A model generated the notes under the pieces. That model was not told the origin of the DNA. It ran no database searches and saw only the letters and a list, made by a program, of their open reading frames with translations. Below, piece by piece: positions 37,168 to 46,326 of a stretch of 64,000 bases of DNA (the first letter of the stretch is position 1; every line of letters starts with the position of its first letter). Location: NCBI GenBank assembly GCA_947503365.1, contig CANNDT010000010.1:5588-69587 (forward strand), read 5' to 3'. The translations under genes and the position numbers were made by a program. The stretch is from Acidobacteriota bacterium. Lineage in GTDB: Bacteria; Acidobacteriota; Vicinamibacteria; Vicinamibacterales; UBA2999.

Positions 37168-38253
37168 GTGAACGTCACGATCGTCGGCGCGGGGATCGTC
37201 GGCTACGCGGTAGCCTACGAGCTGGCCTCGCGCGGCATCTCCATCCGCATCGTCGATCCGCGTGGCGCGGGACTTGGCGCCACGCACGCAACGGCAGGCA
37301 TCCTCGCTCCCCACATTGAAGGGCATTCCGAAGAATTCCTGAAGCTCGGCGTATCCGGGCTCGCGTGCTACGACGCCTTCATCGAGCGCGTTCGGGCCGA
37401 CTCGGGCCATTCGATCGAGTACCGGCGCACCGGCACCCTTCAGGTAGCGCGGACGCTTCTCGAAGCGGCAGAGCTCGAACGGGCGGCGCGCCGCCTGGCG
37501 GCTTCGGCCGTCGCTCACTCCCTGCTCGATCCCGCGAGCGTCGCGTCGATCGAACCTGCGCTCGCGCACGACGTGTCGGCAGGCTTGCTCGTGCCCGAGC
37601 ACGGCTATGTCGTCGCCGCCGAATTGCTCTCGGCGCTTGCCGAGGCGGTGCAACGCACTGGCGGCACGCGGTCGCTCGGCGCCGTGCAGCAGATCGAGGA
37701 GATCGGGCGCGGCCTGCGTGTCACGACGTCGAATGAAGCCTTTGTCACGGAGGCGGTCGTCATCGCCGCGGGAAGCTGGTCGGGACAGGTCGCGTCACCT
37801 CCTGTGCCCGTGAAGCCGATTCGCGGGCAGCTGTTGCAGGTGCGTTTCCCGCAGCCGCCGATTTCGCGCGTCGTGTGGGGAAGCGCCTGCTATCTCGTGC
37901 CGTGGAACGACGGCTCCGTTCTCGTTGGCGCGACGGTTGAAGACGTCGGTTTCGATGAGCGCTCGACGGCAGGTGGGATAAGCCATCTGTTGGCATGCGC
38001 GGCGGAACTTCTCCCGGCAATAGCGTCAGCGAGCTTCGAAGATGTGCGCGTCGGGCTGCGTCCGCTCATGCCGGACGAGTTGCCGGTAATTGGCGCTTCA
38101 TCCACAATGCGCGGGGTGTATTACGCAACCGGCCATTATCGCAACGGCGTGCTGCTGGCGCCGCTGACCGCATTGGCGATCGCGGATGTGCTGGTCGACG
38201 GGCGCGTGCGGCCCGAGGTGGCGCACGTGGCACCGGGGCGTCTCGGACTGTAG
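37168..38253 (+). CDS. thiO: FAD-dependent oxidoreductase, glycine oxidase ThiO-like
   Basis: MNVTIVGAGIVGYAVAYELA, ..VKPIRGQLL.., ..VGATVED.., RVGLRPLMPDELPVIG and TGHYRNGVLLAP parallel the ThiO layout. Confidence 0.65.
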   Translation: MNVTIVGAGIVGYAVAYELASRGISIRIVDPRGAGLGATHATAGILAPHIEGHSEEFLKLGVSGLACYDAFIERVRADSGHSIEYRRTGTLQVARTLLEAAELERAARRLAASAVAHSLLDPASVASIEPALAHDVSAGLLVPEHGYVVAAELLSALAEAVQRTGGTRSLGAVQQIEEIGRGLRVTTSNEAFVTEAVVIAAGSWSGQVASPPVPVKPIRGQLLQVRFPQPPISRVVWGSACYLVPWNDGSVLVGATVEDVGFDERSTAGGISHLLACAAELLPAIASASFEDVRVGLRPLMPDELPVIGASSTMRGVYYATGHYRNGVLLAPLTALAIADVLVDGRVRPEVAHVAPGRLGL

Positions 38254-38267
38254 GACGAGGACAAGGC

Positions 38268-38762
38268 GTGAGGCTCAAGAAGCACTACACGTCGCGCGAA
38301 GTGGCCGGGCTGACCGGCCTGACGGCCCGGCAGCTGCAGTGGTGGGACGCTCGCCGCCTGTTCATGCCGGCGATAGCCTCGCACCGTACGGAGGCGGGCG
38401 GCTTCACCGAGCGCCGCTACACCACGCTCGACGTGCTCGAGCTCCAGGTGCTCGCCGATCTCCGCCGGCGGGGGTTCTCCATTCCCCGGCTTCGCCGTCT
38501 GCTGGCGGCGCTTCACGACGTATTCGGCATTCGCCTGTACGAGACGATTGGCGACGACGGTCCGATGACGCTGTTTATCAGCGGAGATCAGTTGTACGCG
38601 CGCGATCGCGGCGGGCGGCTCTTCAACATGGACGAGCCGTCGCAGCCGATGCTGATGGTGGGGGAGGAGCTTCCGATGCGCCCGCTGGTTGCGCGGGAGC
38701 GAAAGCGCCGTACTACAGGATCGGAAAAACTTTCTCGAGGCCGTCGGCCGGCCGAGCGATGA
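38268..38762 (+). CDS. MerR-family transcriptional regulator
   Basis: GTG 38268 lies 14 nt after the thiO stop. [28 protein letters not shown]. The 3' end overlaps the convergent BMC-H gene by 50 nt. Confidence 0.7.
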   Translation: MRLKKHYTSREVAGLTGLTARQLQWWDARRLFMPAIASHRTEAGGFTERRYTTLDVLELQVLADLRRRGFSIPRLRRLLAALHDVFGIRLYETIGDDGPMTLFISGDQLYARDRGGRLFNMDEPSQPMLMVGEELPMRPLVARERKRRTTGSEKLSRGRRPAER

Positions 38763-39006
38763 CGTGAACGCCGATCAGCTCGCCAACCCGGCGGGCGGCG
38801 GCGGCGCCGGCATCGGTCGCCGCCTTGACGGATCCGACATCGCCGCGAATCAGCGCGGTGACCAGCCCCGCATCGACCTTCTGCCAGCTCACGAGCGTGA
38901 CGTTCGCGGTCTTCAGCATCGCGTCGGCAGCCTCGATCATCCCGATCAGGCCGCGGGTTTCGATCATGCCGAGCGCGTCGCCGATGTCAGCCTTCTCGTT
39001 CGCCAT
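38713..39006 (-). CDS. Bacterial microcompartment shell protein, BMC-H (single BMC domain)
   Basis: [77 protein letters not shown] is a canonical PduA/EutM/CcmK-type domain. ATG 39006 is preceded by GAAGGA. An alternative ATG at 39033 lies 9 nt after the upstream stop. Confidence 0.85.
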   Translation of the reverse strand: MANEKADIGDALGMIETRGLIGMIEAADAMLKTANVTLVSWQKVDAGLVTALIRGDVGSVKAATDAGAAAARRVGELIGVHVIARPADGLEKVFPIL

Positions 39007-39042
39007 GGATTCCTTCTTTTTCGCCGCGGCCATCTTACCACC

Positions 39043-39579
39043 CTACCATCCCTGCCGCTGGCGCAAGGACGTGATGTGCGCGACGTGGTGACGCGAGTGC
39101 CAGGCATACTGCTGGAGCAGCCAGTCGAGGGTCAGGAGGCCCTCGGGGTACTCCGGGTGGCTGAACGCGCGGGCGTACTGCTCCAGCGTCATCGCCCGGA
39201 ATAGCGTGACCCAGCGGGCGTGGAGGGCGTCCAGCAGCAGGAGCGACGGCTCGATTGGCATCCGCGCGTCCGCCAGCCCAGCCCAGGTCTTTTCGTCGTA
39301 CGGCTTGATCGTCGGCGCATCCTCGGTCAGCGCCAGCTTCAGACGCACGTAGGCATTCAGGTGGCTGTCGGGCACGTGGTGCACGACCTGGCGCAGCGTC
39401 CAGCCACCGTCGCGGTACGGCGTGTCGAGCTGCGCGTCGTTGAGGCCCGCCACGGCATCCCGCATCTGTCGTGGCAGGGTGGCCAGGTCGTCGATCGCGG
39501 CGCGCCGCACCTCGTCGCTGGGCGTCACCGGCGAAAAGCGTCCCGCCGGATATCGCAGCTCGTCGATCATGAGCCCCAT
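39043..39579 (-). CDS. DinB/YfiT-family putative metal-dependent thiol transferase (BstA-like)
   Basis: 178 aa with ..TLRQVVHHVPDSHLNAY.. and ..YAWHSRHHVAHITS.. (His-triad context of the DinB_2 fold). Confidence 0.82.
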   Translation of the reverse strand: MGLMIDELRYPAGRFSPVTPSDEVRRAAIDDLATLPRQMRDAVAGLNDAQLDTPYRDGGWTLRQVVHHVPDSHLNAYVRLKLALTEDAPTIKPYDEKTWAGLADARMPIEPSLLLLDALHARWVTLFRAMTLEQYARAFSHPEYPEGLLTLDWLLQQYAWHSRHHVAHITSLRQRQGW

Positions 39580-39600
39580 TACAATTCAACGGCCGACTTG

Positions 39601-40560
39601 ATGCCACTAGTTCTCGCCGAGGGCGATCTCCTCGAACAGATCCTCGACTCCACGTATCCAGTCTGGAACGAAGGACTGACCCGCGCCGCGTACGGCCGGT
39701 GGAACACCGCCCAGATGCGGACGCCGTGGGGTCTCGCGCATCTGCACCGGTTCGCGCTCGTCGATGACGCGGGCCGCCTGCTCGCCAGCGCCAAGCGCTA
39801 CCGCTACGACATGCGGCTCGATGGCACAGACGGCTGGATGTGCGGCCTTGGCGCGGTGTTCACGCCTCCAGAACAGCGAGGCCGCGGGCACGCAAGCGAG
39901 CTCATTCGACAGCTCCTGGACCAGGAGCGCGCCGCCGGAGCGGTCATGGCCACGCTGTTTTCTGAAATCGGCGAGGCCTACTATCGTCGCCTTGGATTCG
40001 AGCCGGTGCCGCTCGAGGAGGTGAAGGTCGAGCTGATTCGAAAAGGCGGGACGCCGGCGATGCTGGTTCGCGCGGGAGCCGAGCGCGATCTTCCCGACAT
40101 CGCGGCGATGAACGCGGTGCGTTCGGCGTCCGCGCGCTTTGCGCTGCGCCGCGACCCGGCCCAGATGTATTACGCGTTGAGCAAGAAGCGCTTGTTTTCG
40201 GGCCTGGCTCCCACGGGACTGCGGCCGACGGAGTTCTTCGTCGCCGAAGAGGGATCGTCGGCCGTCGCCTACGTCGTGATCACCGTCTCGGGCGACAACT
40301 GGACGATCGAGGAAGCGGGGGATCGGGATCCGGCGGCGGCGCGGCTTGGCGCGATGCTCCAGGTGCTGGTCGCGCGCGAGCCCAGCCTCCGCGTGCCGGT
40401 GATGCGGGCGTGGTGGCCGGCGGGTTTTCCGGTGCCGCCGCAGCTACGCATCACGGAGCGCGCCCCGGCTGCGGACGTGTTCATGGTGCGGCCGCTGGCG
40501 GAAACCGGGGCGCCGCTCCGCTCCGAGGACGTCTTCTACTGGCGGAGCGACTACTTTTAG
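39601..40560 (+). CDS. GNAT family N-acetyltransferase (Eis-like, with C-terminal extension)
   Basis: ATG 39601; the track start at 39220 is antisense to the DinB gene. Acetyl-CoA motif region PEQRGRGHASELIRQLL and SEIGEAYYRRLGFE. Confidence 0.75.
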   Translation: MPLVLAEGDLLEQILDSTYPVWNEGLTRAAYGRWNTAQMRTPWGLAHLHRFALVDDAGRLLASAKRYRYDMRLDGTDGWMCGLGAVFTPPEQRGRGHASELIRQLLDQERAAGAVMATLFSEIGEAYYRRLGFEPVPLEEVKVELIRKGGTPAMLVRAGAERDLPDIAAMNAVRSASARFALRRDPAQMYYALSKKRLFSGLAPTGLRPTEFFVAEEGSSAVAYVVITVSGDNWTIEEAGDRDPAAARLGAMLQVLVAREPSLRVPVMRAWWPAGFPVPPQLRITERAPAADVFMVRPLAETGAPLRSEDVFYWRSDYF

Positions 40561-40584
40561 GTAGCTGGGTAGCTGGGTGGCTGG
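40561..40584. repeat. Tandem octamers GT(A/G)GCTGG x3 filling a convergent intergenic gap
   Basis: TAG|GTAGCTGG GTAGCTGG GTGGCTGG|G|CTA. The 25-nt spacer between the two stop codons consists of this repeat. Confidence 0.6.
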
Positions 40585-40585
40585 G

Positions 40586-41281
40586 CTAGGGATCGATGCG
40601 GCGGATTTCGTCGTAGGCTTTGTGCAGCCACGTCTTGACCCGCTGACGCTCGAGCAGACCCAGCACGGATCCATCCTTGCCGCCGCGCATGGTGGCCGCC
40701 CAGAAGCTCGAGCTCTGGGCGTCGATTTTCTGCATCGTGACGTCCTGCAACCGTCGCAGCGTGACCACCGACGCTCCCAGTTGCTTCGCTCGTTCGAGCG
40801 CTCCGGACGATTCGAGGATGGTGAAGTCGGAACCGCGAATCTCGTTGAGCACGACGACAAGCGGCAGGCGGCCACCGAACTGGTTCAGGAGCTTATCGAG
40901 CAGGTCGACGGAATCCCGCCCCGCATCCATCACGTGCCAGTAGGTCACCGACACACCCAGCTCGCCGCTGATATCGAGCAGCGCCGAGTCCTCCATCCAC
41001 TGCGTGAGAAACGCATGCGTCTGAGCCGCAAGGTCCACGAGGATCCGCCGCTCGGGAACTTCGGCCGCGGCTTCAACGATGCGGTCGAGCCCCTCGTAGC
41101 GATCGATGACAACCGGCGCGGCAAAGCCCGAGTAGAAGCGAAGCAGCGAGCCGTGCGACTTGTCGGTGTCGAAGCCGAGGAATGGGATGTGACGGTCGAT
41201 GAATTACTGGGCGAGGACACGTGCGACGACGGACTTGCCGACACCGCCCTTTTCGCCGCCGATGAAGTGAAGCCGCGTCAT
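40586..41281 (-). pseudogene. TraL-like P-loop NTPase (ParA/MinD superfamily) with a single in-frame TAA
   Basis: MTRLHFIGGEKGGVGKSVVARVLAQ-TAA(41206-41204)-FIDRHIPFLGFDTDKSHG...LVVVLNEIRG... continues in the same frame to 40586. The layout resembles IncP TraL (..QGKGGVGKS..IAQY..CIDTDP..), and the stop aligns with the conserved Tyr. Confidence 0.6.
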
Positions 41282-41328
41282 GTGGTGAGTATGTTGGCAC
41301 ACTCCCACCACCGGCTTGTGCGGAAACA

Positions 41329-43095
41329 TCAGCGCGTGATCAGTTTGAGATCGACCGCCTTCGACTCGCCGTCGCCGAGCGACAGCGTGGACGCCTTGGC
41401 CTTCATCTCTGTAAGAAAGTCCGGGTCGTTGGCTTCGCCCTCTTCGAGGTAATCGACCGCCACCGCGAGGTAGCGCGCGTTGGCCGGTAGCGAGCGAATC
41501 TTGAACATCCCCTGCTGATCGGGCCGCGCGGAACGGATGTACCGCGACGGTCCTACCCACTTCGTTTCATCGTCGGGAAAGATCACGACCGTGTAATCGA
41601 GCACGGCATCCGCCGTGGCCGTGGCCACCTTGCCGTTCACTTCGGTGATCTTGTCGGTGAGGATGATCTGGGCGTCCTTGAAGTCCTGGGTGGATTTGAA
41701 GTCGATCGGCGTGTCCGAGACATCCACGCCGCCGACCATCACCGCCTTGAGCATCCAGTTCTGCGGCAGTCCGTTCACACGAATCACGCGCAAGCCAAAG
41801 AGGTTGCTCAGGACGAAGGTGCCGTCTGCGTCCGCCCGTGCGGGACGCGCAAAGGCAGGCTGCGGTTGCATCGCCTGCGTCGTGACCTGGATTCCGTTTG
41901 TCGGGATCTTCGTCCCCGCGCCCTGCGCGGCGACGATCGCGCCCGAAACGGTGGCGCCCTTGCCGGTCACGAGCGTGATGCCGGTGATGTCCTCGTTGCC
42001 GACGGACAAAGGCACGGTGGCAAGCTCGACATCCGGCACGGGCCCGGCGCCACCGCCACCGAATCGGCCTCCGCCACCGGGTCCGCCAGATGTGGCGGTC
42101 AATGTGTACGAACCGGGCGCGACGTTCGGAATCGTAAAGCTACCGTCGCCGGCAACCCTGCTCTGGCCGCCGCCGGCGAATGGACCGCCGAGGCCGCCAC
42201 CCGCTTGATCCGACGGGCTCAGGATCAGCATGCCGCCCGAGAGTGCGCCGCCATCGGAACCGATGACCGTGCCCGACACACGAACCGTGCGCACGGGCAG
42301 CAGCGCGAAGCTGACGTTCCCCTGTTCCTGTCCGAGTGACACGGTAACCTTCTGCGCCTCGGTTACGCTGCCCGTACCCGGGAAGTATGTCGGGGCGTAG
42401 CTGGTGGCATCGGCTGGGTCGTCGACCGGCAACGCCCGCACCGTCGCGCTGACGTAGTAGTCGCCTGGCATCAGGCCAAATACGCGGAAGGCGCCCGTGT
42501 CGTCGCTCTGATCGCCGCCGCCGGCGGGCGTGAGACGACGAATGCCTTGCACCATCTGGTAGCGCATCACCTGGACGCGCGCGCCCGCGACCGCATCGCC
42601 GAATTCATCGAACACGTGACCTGTGATGGCGGCGCCGCGAGGCAGCGAGAAATCGGCGCGGTCGATGACCTGCTTGTCGGCGAGCTCGATCGGGCGGCCC
42701 GCCTCGAACGGACGGCGCTGGCCGTAGCGCAGCGTGACGAATCCCGCCTTCGAGGCAGCGAGATCCCAGCGGCCGGCTGGAAGGTCCCTGAACTCAAACC
42801 GTCCCTGCGCGTCGGTGGTGGTGAGGCGGCCGCGTCCGCCGCCGGAGGTGGCGCGCACTTGCGCCCGGCGGATCGGCGTGCCGGTGTCGACGGTGAGAAT
42901 TCGCCCGCGGATTACCGCCGTGCCTGTCGGCGCGGCCTGCTGGTCGCGCGCGACGCCGCCCTGCCGTCCGCCGCGCACCCCGCCTTCTACGCCGCCGCCC
43001 CCGGGTCCCGGGGGTGCACCCTGTTGGGGTGCTTGCGCCGCCGCCGCGGTTGCGCAGGCCATCAGCACGGCGAGTGAAAGAAGAAACGGCTTCAT
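41329..43095 (-). CDS. Secreted protein with repeated carboxypeptidase-regulatory-like domains
   Basis: Signal MKPFLLSLAVLMACATAAAAQA. Repeated G-x-V-x-D-x-x-G-x-P-x-x-G-A modules (IRGRILTVDTGTPIRRAQVRA; ITGHVFDEFGDAVAGARVQV; VSGTVIGSDGGAL). Gly-rich insert GGPGGGGRFGGGGAG. Confidence 0.7.
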   Translation of the reverse strand: MKPFLLSLAVLMACATAAAAQAPQQGAPPGPGGGGVEGGVRGGRQGGVARDQQAAPTGTAVIRGRILTVDTGTPIRRAQVRATSGGGRGRLTTTDAQGRFEFRDLPAGRWDLAASKAGFVTLRYGQRRPFEAGRPIELADKQVIDRADFSLPRGAAITGHVFDEFGDAVAGARVQVMRYQMVQGIRRLTPAGGGDQSDDTGAFRVFGLMPGDYYVSATVRALPVDDPADATSYAPTYFPGTGSVTEAQKVTVSLGQEQGNVSFALLPVRTVRVSGTVIGSDGGALSGGMLILSPSDQAGGGLGGPFAGGGQSRVAGDGSFTIPNVAPGSYTLTATSGGPGGGGRFGGGGAGPVPDVELATVPLSVGNEDITGITLVTGKGATVSGAIVAAQGAGTKIPTNGIQVTTQAMQPQPAFARPARADADGTFVLSNLFGLRVIRVNGLPQNWMLKAVMVGGVDVSDTPIDFKSTQDFKDAQIILTDKITEVNGKVATATADAVLDYTVVIFPDDETKWVGPSRYIRSARPDQQGMFKIRSLPANARYLAVAVDYLEEGEANDPDFLTEMKAKASTLSLGDGESKAVDLKLITR

Positions 43096-43143
43096 ACCCT
43101 ACTCATTAGACGACGACTTCGGCCCAGGGTTGTTAATACCTGG

Positions 43144-44709
43144 TTAAACGCTGCCGTGCGCCTTCAGGACCGTTTGCGCCGCCAGCCGGCCGCTGGTCGC
43201 CGTCAGAAAACCACCCGGATGCGTGCCAGCGCCGCAGAGATAGAGGCCGCGAATGGGGCTGTCGTATCGCGCATACCCAAGCAGCGGGCGCGCGGCGAAC
43301 AACTGGTCGAGCGCGAGCTCGCCGTGGAAGATGTGGCCGCCATGAAACCCGTATTCGGTCTCGAGATCGGCCGGCGTCAGCACCTGCGCCGCGATGACGA
43401 GCGCGGACGTCCCCGGCGCGAACCGGTCGAGCGTGCGCAGCACCGCATCCAGAAGCGTCTGCTTCGCCGCGTCCCACTCGACGCCGCGCAACCTGTGCGG
43501 CGCGTAGTGCGCGTACACAGACATGACGTGCCCGCCGCCCGGTGCCAGGCCGGGATCAAGGATCGATGGGATCGCGACGTCGAGCCATGGATCGACCGGC
43601 ACCTCGCCATACTTGGCGCGGTCGAACGCCCGCTCCATGTCGTCCAGCGTCGGGCCGATGTGAATGCGGCCGGCCAGCCACTCAGGTGACGTGGCGCCGC
43701 GGAACGCCGGCAGCGCCGAGAGCGCAAGGTTTACTTTGGCCACCGTTCCCGCGGCGCGGTAGTGCTGCATCTTCGATCTGAAATCTGGACCGAGATCCGT
43801 TGGTGTTACGAGCGTCAGGAAGGTCGACTTCGGATCGATCGCCGACATCACAACGGTTGCCGGTAGCTCGCGACCGTCCACGAGGACGCCCGCCACCTGG
43901 TTGTTGCCAATGAGGATGCGCTCCACTCGCGCATTCGTTCGGATGTCGGCTCCAGCCGCGCGCGCGGCAGCCGCCATTGCGTTGGTCAAGGCGCCGGGAC
44001 CTCCGCGGACTTGTGACGCCCCGTCCGCAAGCTGCTGGTGCGCGTGCCGCAACAACAGCACGAGGCCGCTGCCCGCGGATCGTGGGCCAAACATGGTTCC
44101 GGACAGCGCCGGCGCCGACAGCGCTGCGCGCAGGAGATCGGTCTCGAACCACTCGCTCATGAGATCCGCGACCGGCATCGGCGCCCACCGAAGCAAACGG
44201 TACGCGTCGCGTGTGCCGAGGCTGCGAATGCGTCGGCCAAGCTTCAGCAGGTTCCACAGATCGCCGGTGCCAGGTCGATCGATATCGGGCGGTGGTTGCG
44301 TGAGCATGCCGCCAAGCGCGCCTGCGATGCGCGCGAGCGTGGATCGGTAGGTGGGGTAGGCCTCGGCGTCCCTCGGGCTCCGTTGCCGCAACGCGTCGCG
44401 CGTCCGCAATCGATCGGCCGACAGCACGATCGGGAATCCGTTGTCGCCAGGCGCGAATACCTCGACCGGCGGCGTGAGGAACTCGACGCCATGTGTGGCG
44501 AGGTCCATGTCGCGGGCGATGTCGGCGTGCACGCAGGTGTGATGCGTTAACGTCGGACACCTGAAGCCCGGGTGAACCTCTCCGGTGATCGCGCCGCCGC
44601 CGACGATGCCGCGCGCTTCGAGCACGATCGGCTTCCGTCCGGCCTTGGCAAGGTAGTACGCCGCGGCAAGACCGTTGTGGCCTCCACCGATGATGACGAC
44701 GGTACTCAT
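43144..44709 (-). CDS. NAD(P)/FAD-dependent oxidoreductase, phytoene-desaturase (CrtI-like) family
   Basis: ATG 44709 overlaps the upstream stop (ATGA). MSTVVIIGGGHNGLAAAYYLAKAGRKPIVLE and C-terminal ..CGAGTHPGG... Confidence 0.8.
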   Translation of the reverse strand: MSTVVIIGGGHNGLAAAYYLAKAGRKPIVLEARGIVGGGAITGEVHPGFRCPTLTHHTCVHADIARDMDLATHGVEFLTPPVEVFAPGDNGFPIVLSADRLRTRDALRQRSPRDAEAYPTYRSTLARIAGALGGMLTQPPPDIDRPGTGDLWNLLKLGRRIRSLGTRDAYRLLRWAPMPVADLMSEWFETDLLRAALSAPALSGTMFGPRSAGSGLVLLLRHAHQQLADGASQVRGGPGALTNAMAAAARAAGADIRTNARVERILIGNNQVAGVLVDGRELPATVVMSAIDPKSTFLTLVTPTDLGPDFRSKMQHYRAAGTVAKVNLALSALPAFRGATSPEWLAGRIHIGPTLDDMERAFDRAKYGEVPVDPWLDVAIPSILDPGLAPGGGHVMSVYAHYAPHRLRGVEWDAAKQTLLDAVLRTLDRFAPGTSALVIAAQVLTPADLETEYGFHGGHIFHGELALDQLFAARPLLGYARYDSPIRGLYLCGAGTHPGGFLTATSGRLAAQTVLKAHGSV

Positions 44710-46283
44710 GCGCGGGTGTCCGCGAGGATCTTCATGGCGGCGTTGCGTCCAGGCGCACCCATGATGCCGCCGCCTGGATGCGTGGCCGAGCCGCACATGT
44801 AGAGGCTGTTGACCGGCGTCGTGTATTGCGCCCATCCCGGCGCCGGCCTCAGGAAGAACAACTGCTCGAGTGTCAGCTCTCCCTGGAAGATGTTGCCTTC
44901 GGATAGGCCCCACTCGCGCTCGAGATCGAGCGGCGTGACGACCTGGCGGTGCAGGATGATGTCGCGGATGTTCGGCGCGTACTCGGCGATCGTGTTGACG
45001 ACCGTATCGCCGAAGGCGTCTTTCCTGTCGTCCCAGGTGCCGTCGCTCAGGTGATACGGCGCGTACTGCACGAAGCACGACATCACGTGCTTGCCCGGTG
45101 GTGCGACGCTCGGGTCGGTGAGCGACGGAATCACGATGTCGATGTACGGATGCGGTGAAAACTGTCCGTACTTCGCCGCGTCGTATGCCCGCTCCATGTA
45201 GTCAACGCTCGGCGAGATGGAAATCGCGCCGCGCAGGTGGGGGCCTGGGCCGGGCATCGCCGTGAAGTCAGGCAGCGCATCGAGCGCGAGGTTCACCTTT
45301 CCGGAGGAGCCGCGAAACTTGTATCGGCGCACGTCCTCGAGGAATCCGCCGGGCAGCGTCCCTTCGTCGATGAAGTGCAGGAAGGTCAGTCGCGGGTCGA
45401 CGCTCGACGCGACAACATCCGCAATGATTTCGTCGCCGTTCTTCAGGACGACGCCGCGCGCCGTGTTGCCGCGAACGAGAATCCTCGCGACTTCGGCTTC
45501 GGAACGGATCTCCACGCCCGCCTGACGTGCCGCTCCTGCGATCGCGTTCGCGATCGCGCCGGTGCCGCCGCGCGACAATCCCCACGACCGAAAGGCGCCG
45601 TCGATCTCGCCCATGTAGTGGTGAAGCAGCACGTACGCGGTGCCCGGCGATCGCACGCCCAGGAACGTCCCGATGATTCCCGATGCCGCCATCGTCGCCT
45701 TGAGCACGTCGGTCTCGAACCACTGGTCCAGGAAGTCGACCGCGCTCATCGTCATCAACTGCAGCTGGTTGTACTGGTCCTGTCGCGAGAGACCGCGAAA
45801 CCGCTGCACCAGCCAGAGCAGCTTTCGAAGTTCGCGCGGATCGAGCGACATCGGATCCGGCGGCAGCACGTTGAGGATCGGTTTGACGAACCGTCCCATG
45901 TCGACCATCGCGCGGCCGTACTCGTCGTAGGCCTCGGCGTCGACGCGCGAATGGCGCGCGATCTCGCGGCGGGTCCTGGCGTGGTCGTTGACGCGCCAGA
46001 GGTAATCGCCGTCAGCCATCGGCGTGAAGGTGCCATCGAGGGGGAGGATCTCGAGACCGTGAGAGGGGAGGTCGAGCTCGCGGATGATTTCCGGGCGGAG
46101 GAGCGAGACGACGTAGGAGCAGACCGAGAACTTGAAACCCTTGAACACTTCTTCAGTCACCGCCGCGCCGCCGAGCACGTGACGGCGCTCGAGCACGAGC
46201 ACCTTCCGCCCCGCCCGCGCGAGATACGCGGCCGCCGTCAGCCCATTGTGGCCGCCGCCGATCACGATGACGTCGTACTTCAC
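44706..46283 (-). CDS. NAD(P)/FAD-dependent oxidoreductase, phytoene-desaturase (CrtI-like) family (paralog)
   Basis: GTG 46283 gives MKYDVIVIGGGHNGLTAAAYLARAGRKVLVLE, with ..CGSATHPGGG... Collinear with the downstream paralog. Confidence 0.8.
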   Translation of the reverse strand: MKYDVIVIGGGHNGLTAAAYLARAGRKVLVLERRHVLGGAAVTEEVFKGFKFSVCSYVVSLLRPEIIRELDLPSHGLEILPLDGTFTPMADGDYLWRVNDHARTRREIARHSRVDAEAYDEYGRAMVDMGRFVKPILNVLPPDPMSLDPRELRKLLWLVQRFRGLSRQDQYNQLQLMTMSAVDFLDQWFETDVLKATMAASGIIGTFLGVRSPGTAYVLLHHYMGEIDGAFRSWGLSRGGTGAIANAIAGAARQAGVEIRSEAEVARILVRGNTARGVVLKNGDEIIADVVASSVDPRLTFLHFIDEGTLPGGFLEDVRRYKFRGSSGKVNLALDALPDFTAMPGPGPHLRGAISISPSVDYMERAYDAAKYGQFSPHPYIDIVIPSLTDPSVAPPGKHVMSCFVQYAPYHLSDGTWDDRKDAFGDTVVNTIAEYAPNIRDIILHRQVVTPLDLEREWGLSEGNIFQGELTLEQLFFLRPAPGWAQYTTPVNSLYMCGSATHPGGGIMGAPGRNAAMKILADTRA

Positions 46284-46326
46284 CGGGGGGAATTCTAACG
46301 CCTGGGTCGTGCGATCGTGGCTGCGT

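Noticed and set aside
38713-39033. Calling this region a bacterial microcompartment (metabolosome) locus.
   Set aside because: Only one BMC-H gene is present. There is no pentamer (BMC-P), no BMC-T, and no signature enzyme or encapsulation-peptide-bearing gene nearby. pruA at 62 kb is an ordinary proline-catabolism ALDH.
43144-46283. Calling the two CrtI-like genes a carotenoid biosynthesis cluster.
   Set aside because: No phytoene synthase, GGPP synthase or cyclase is in the window. Family membership alone does not define the substrate.
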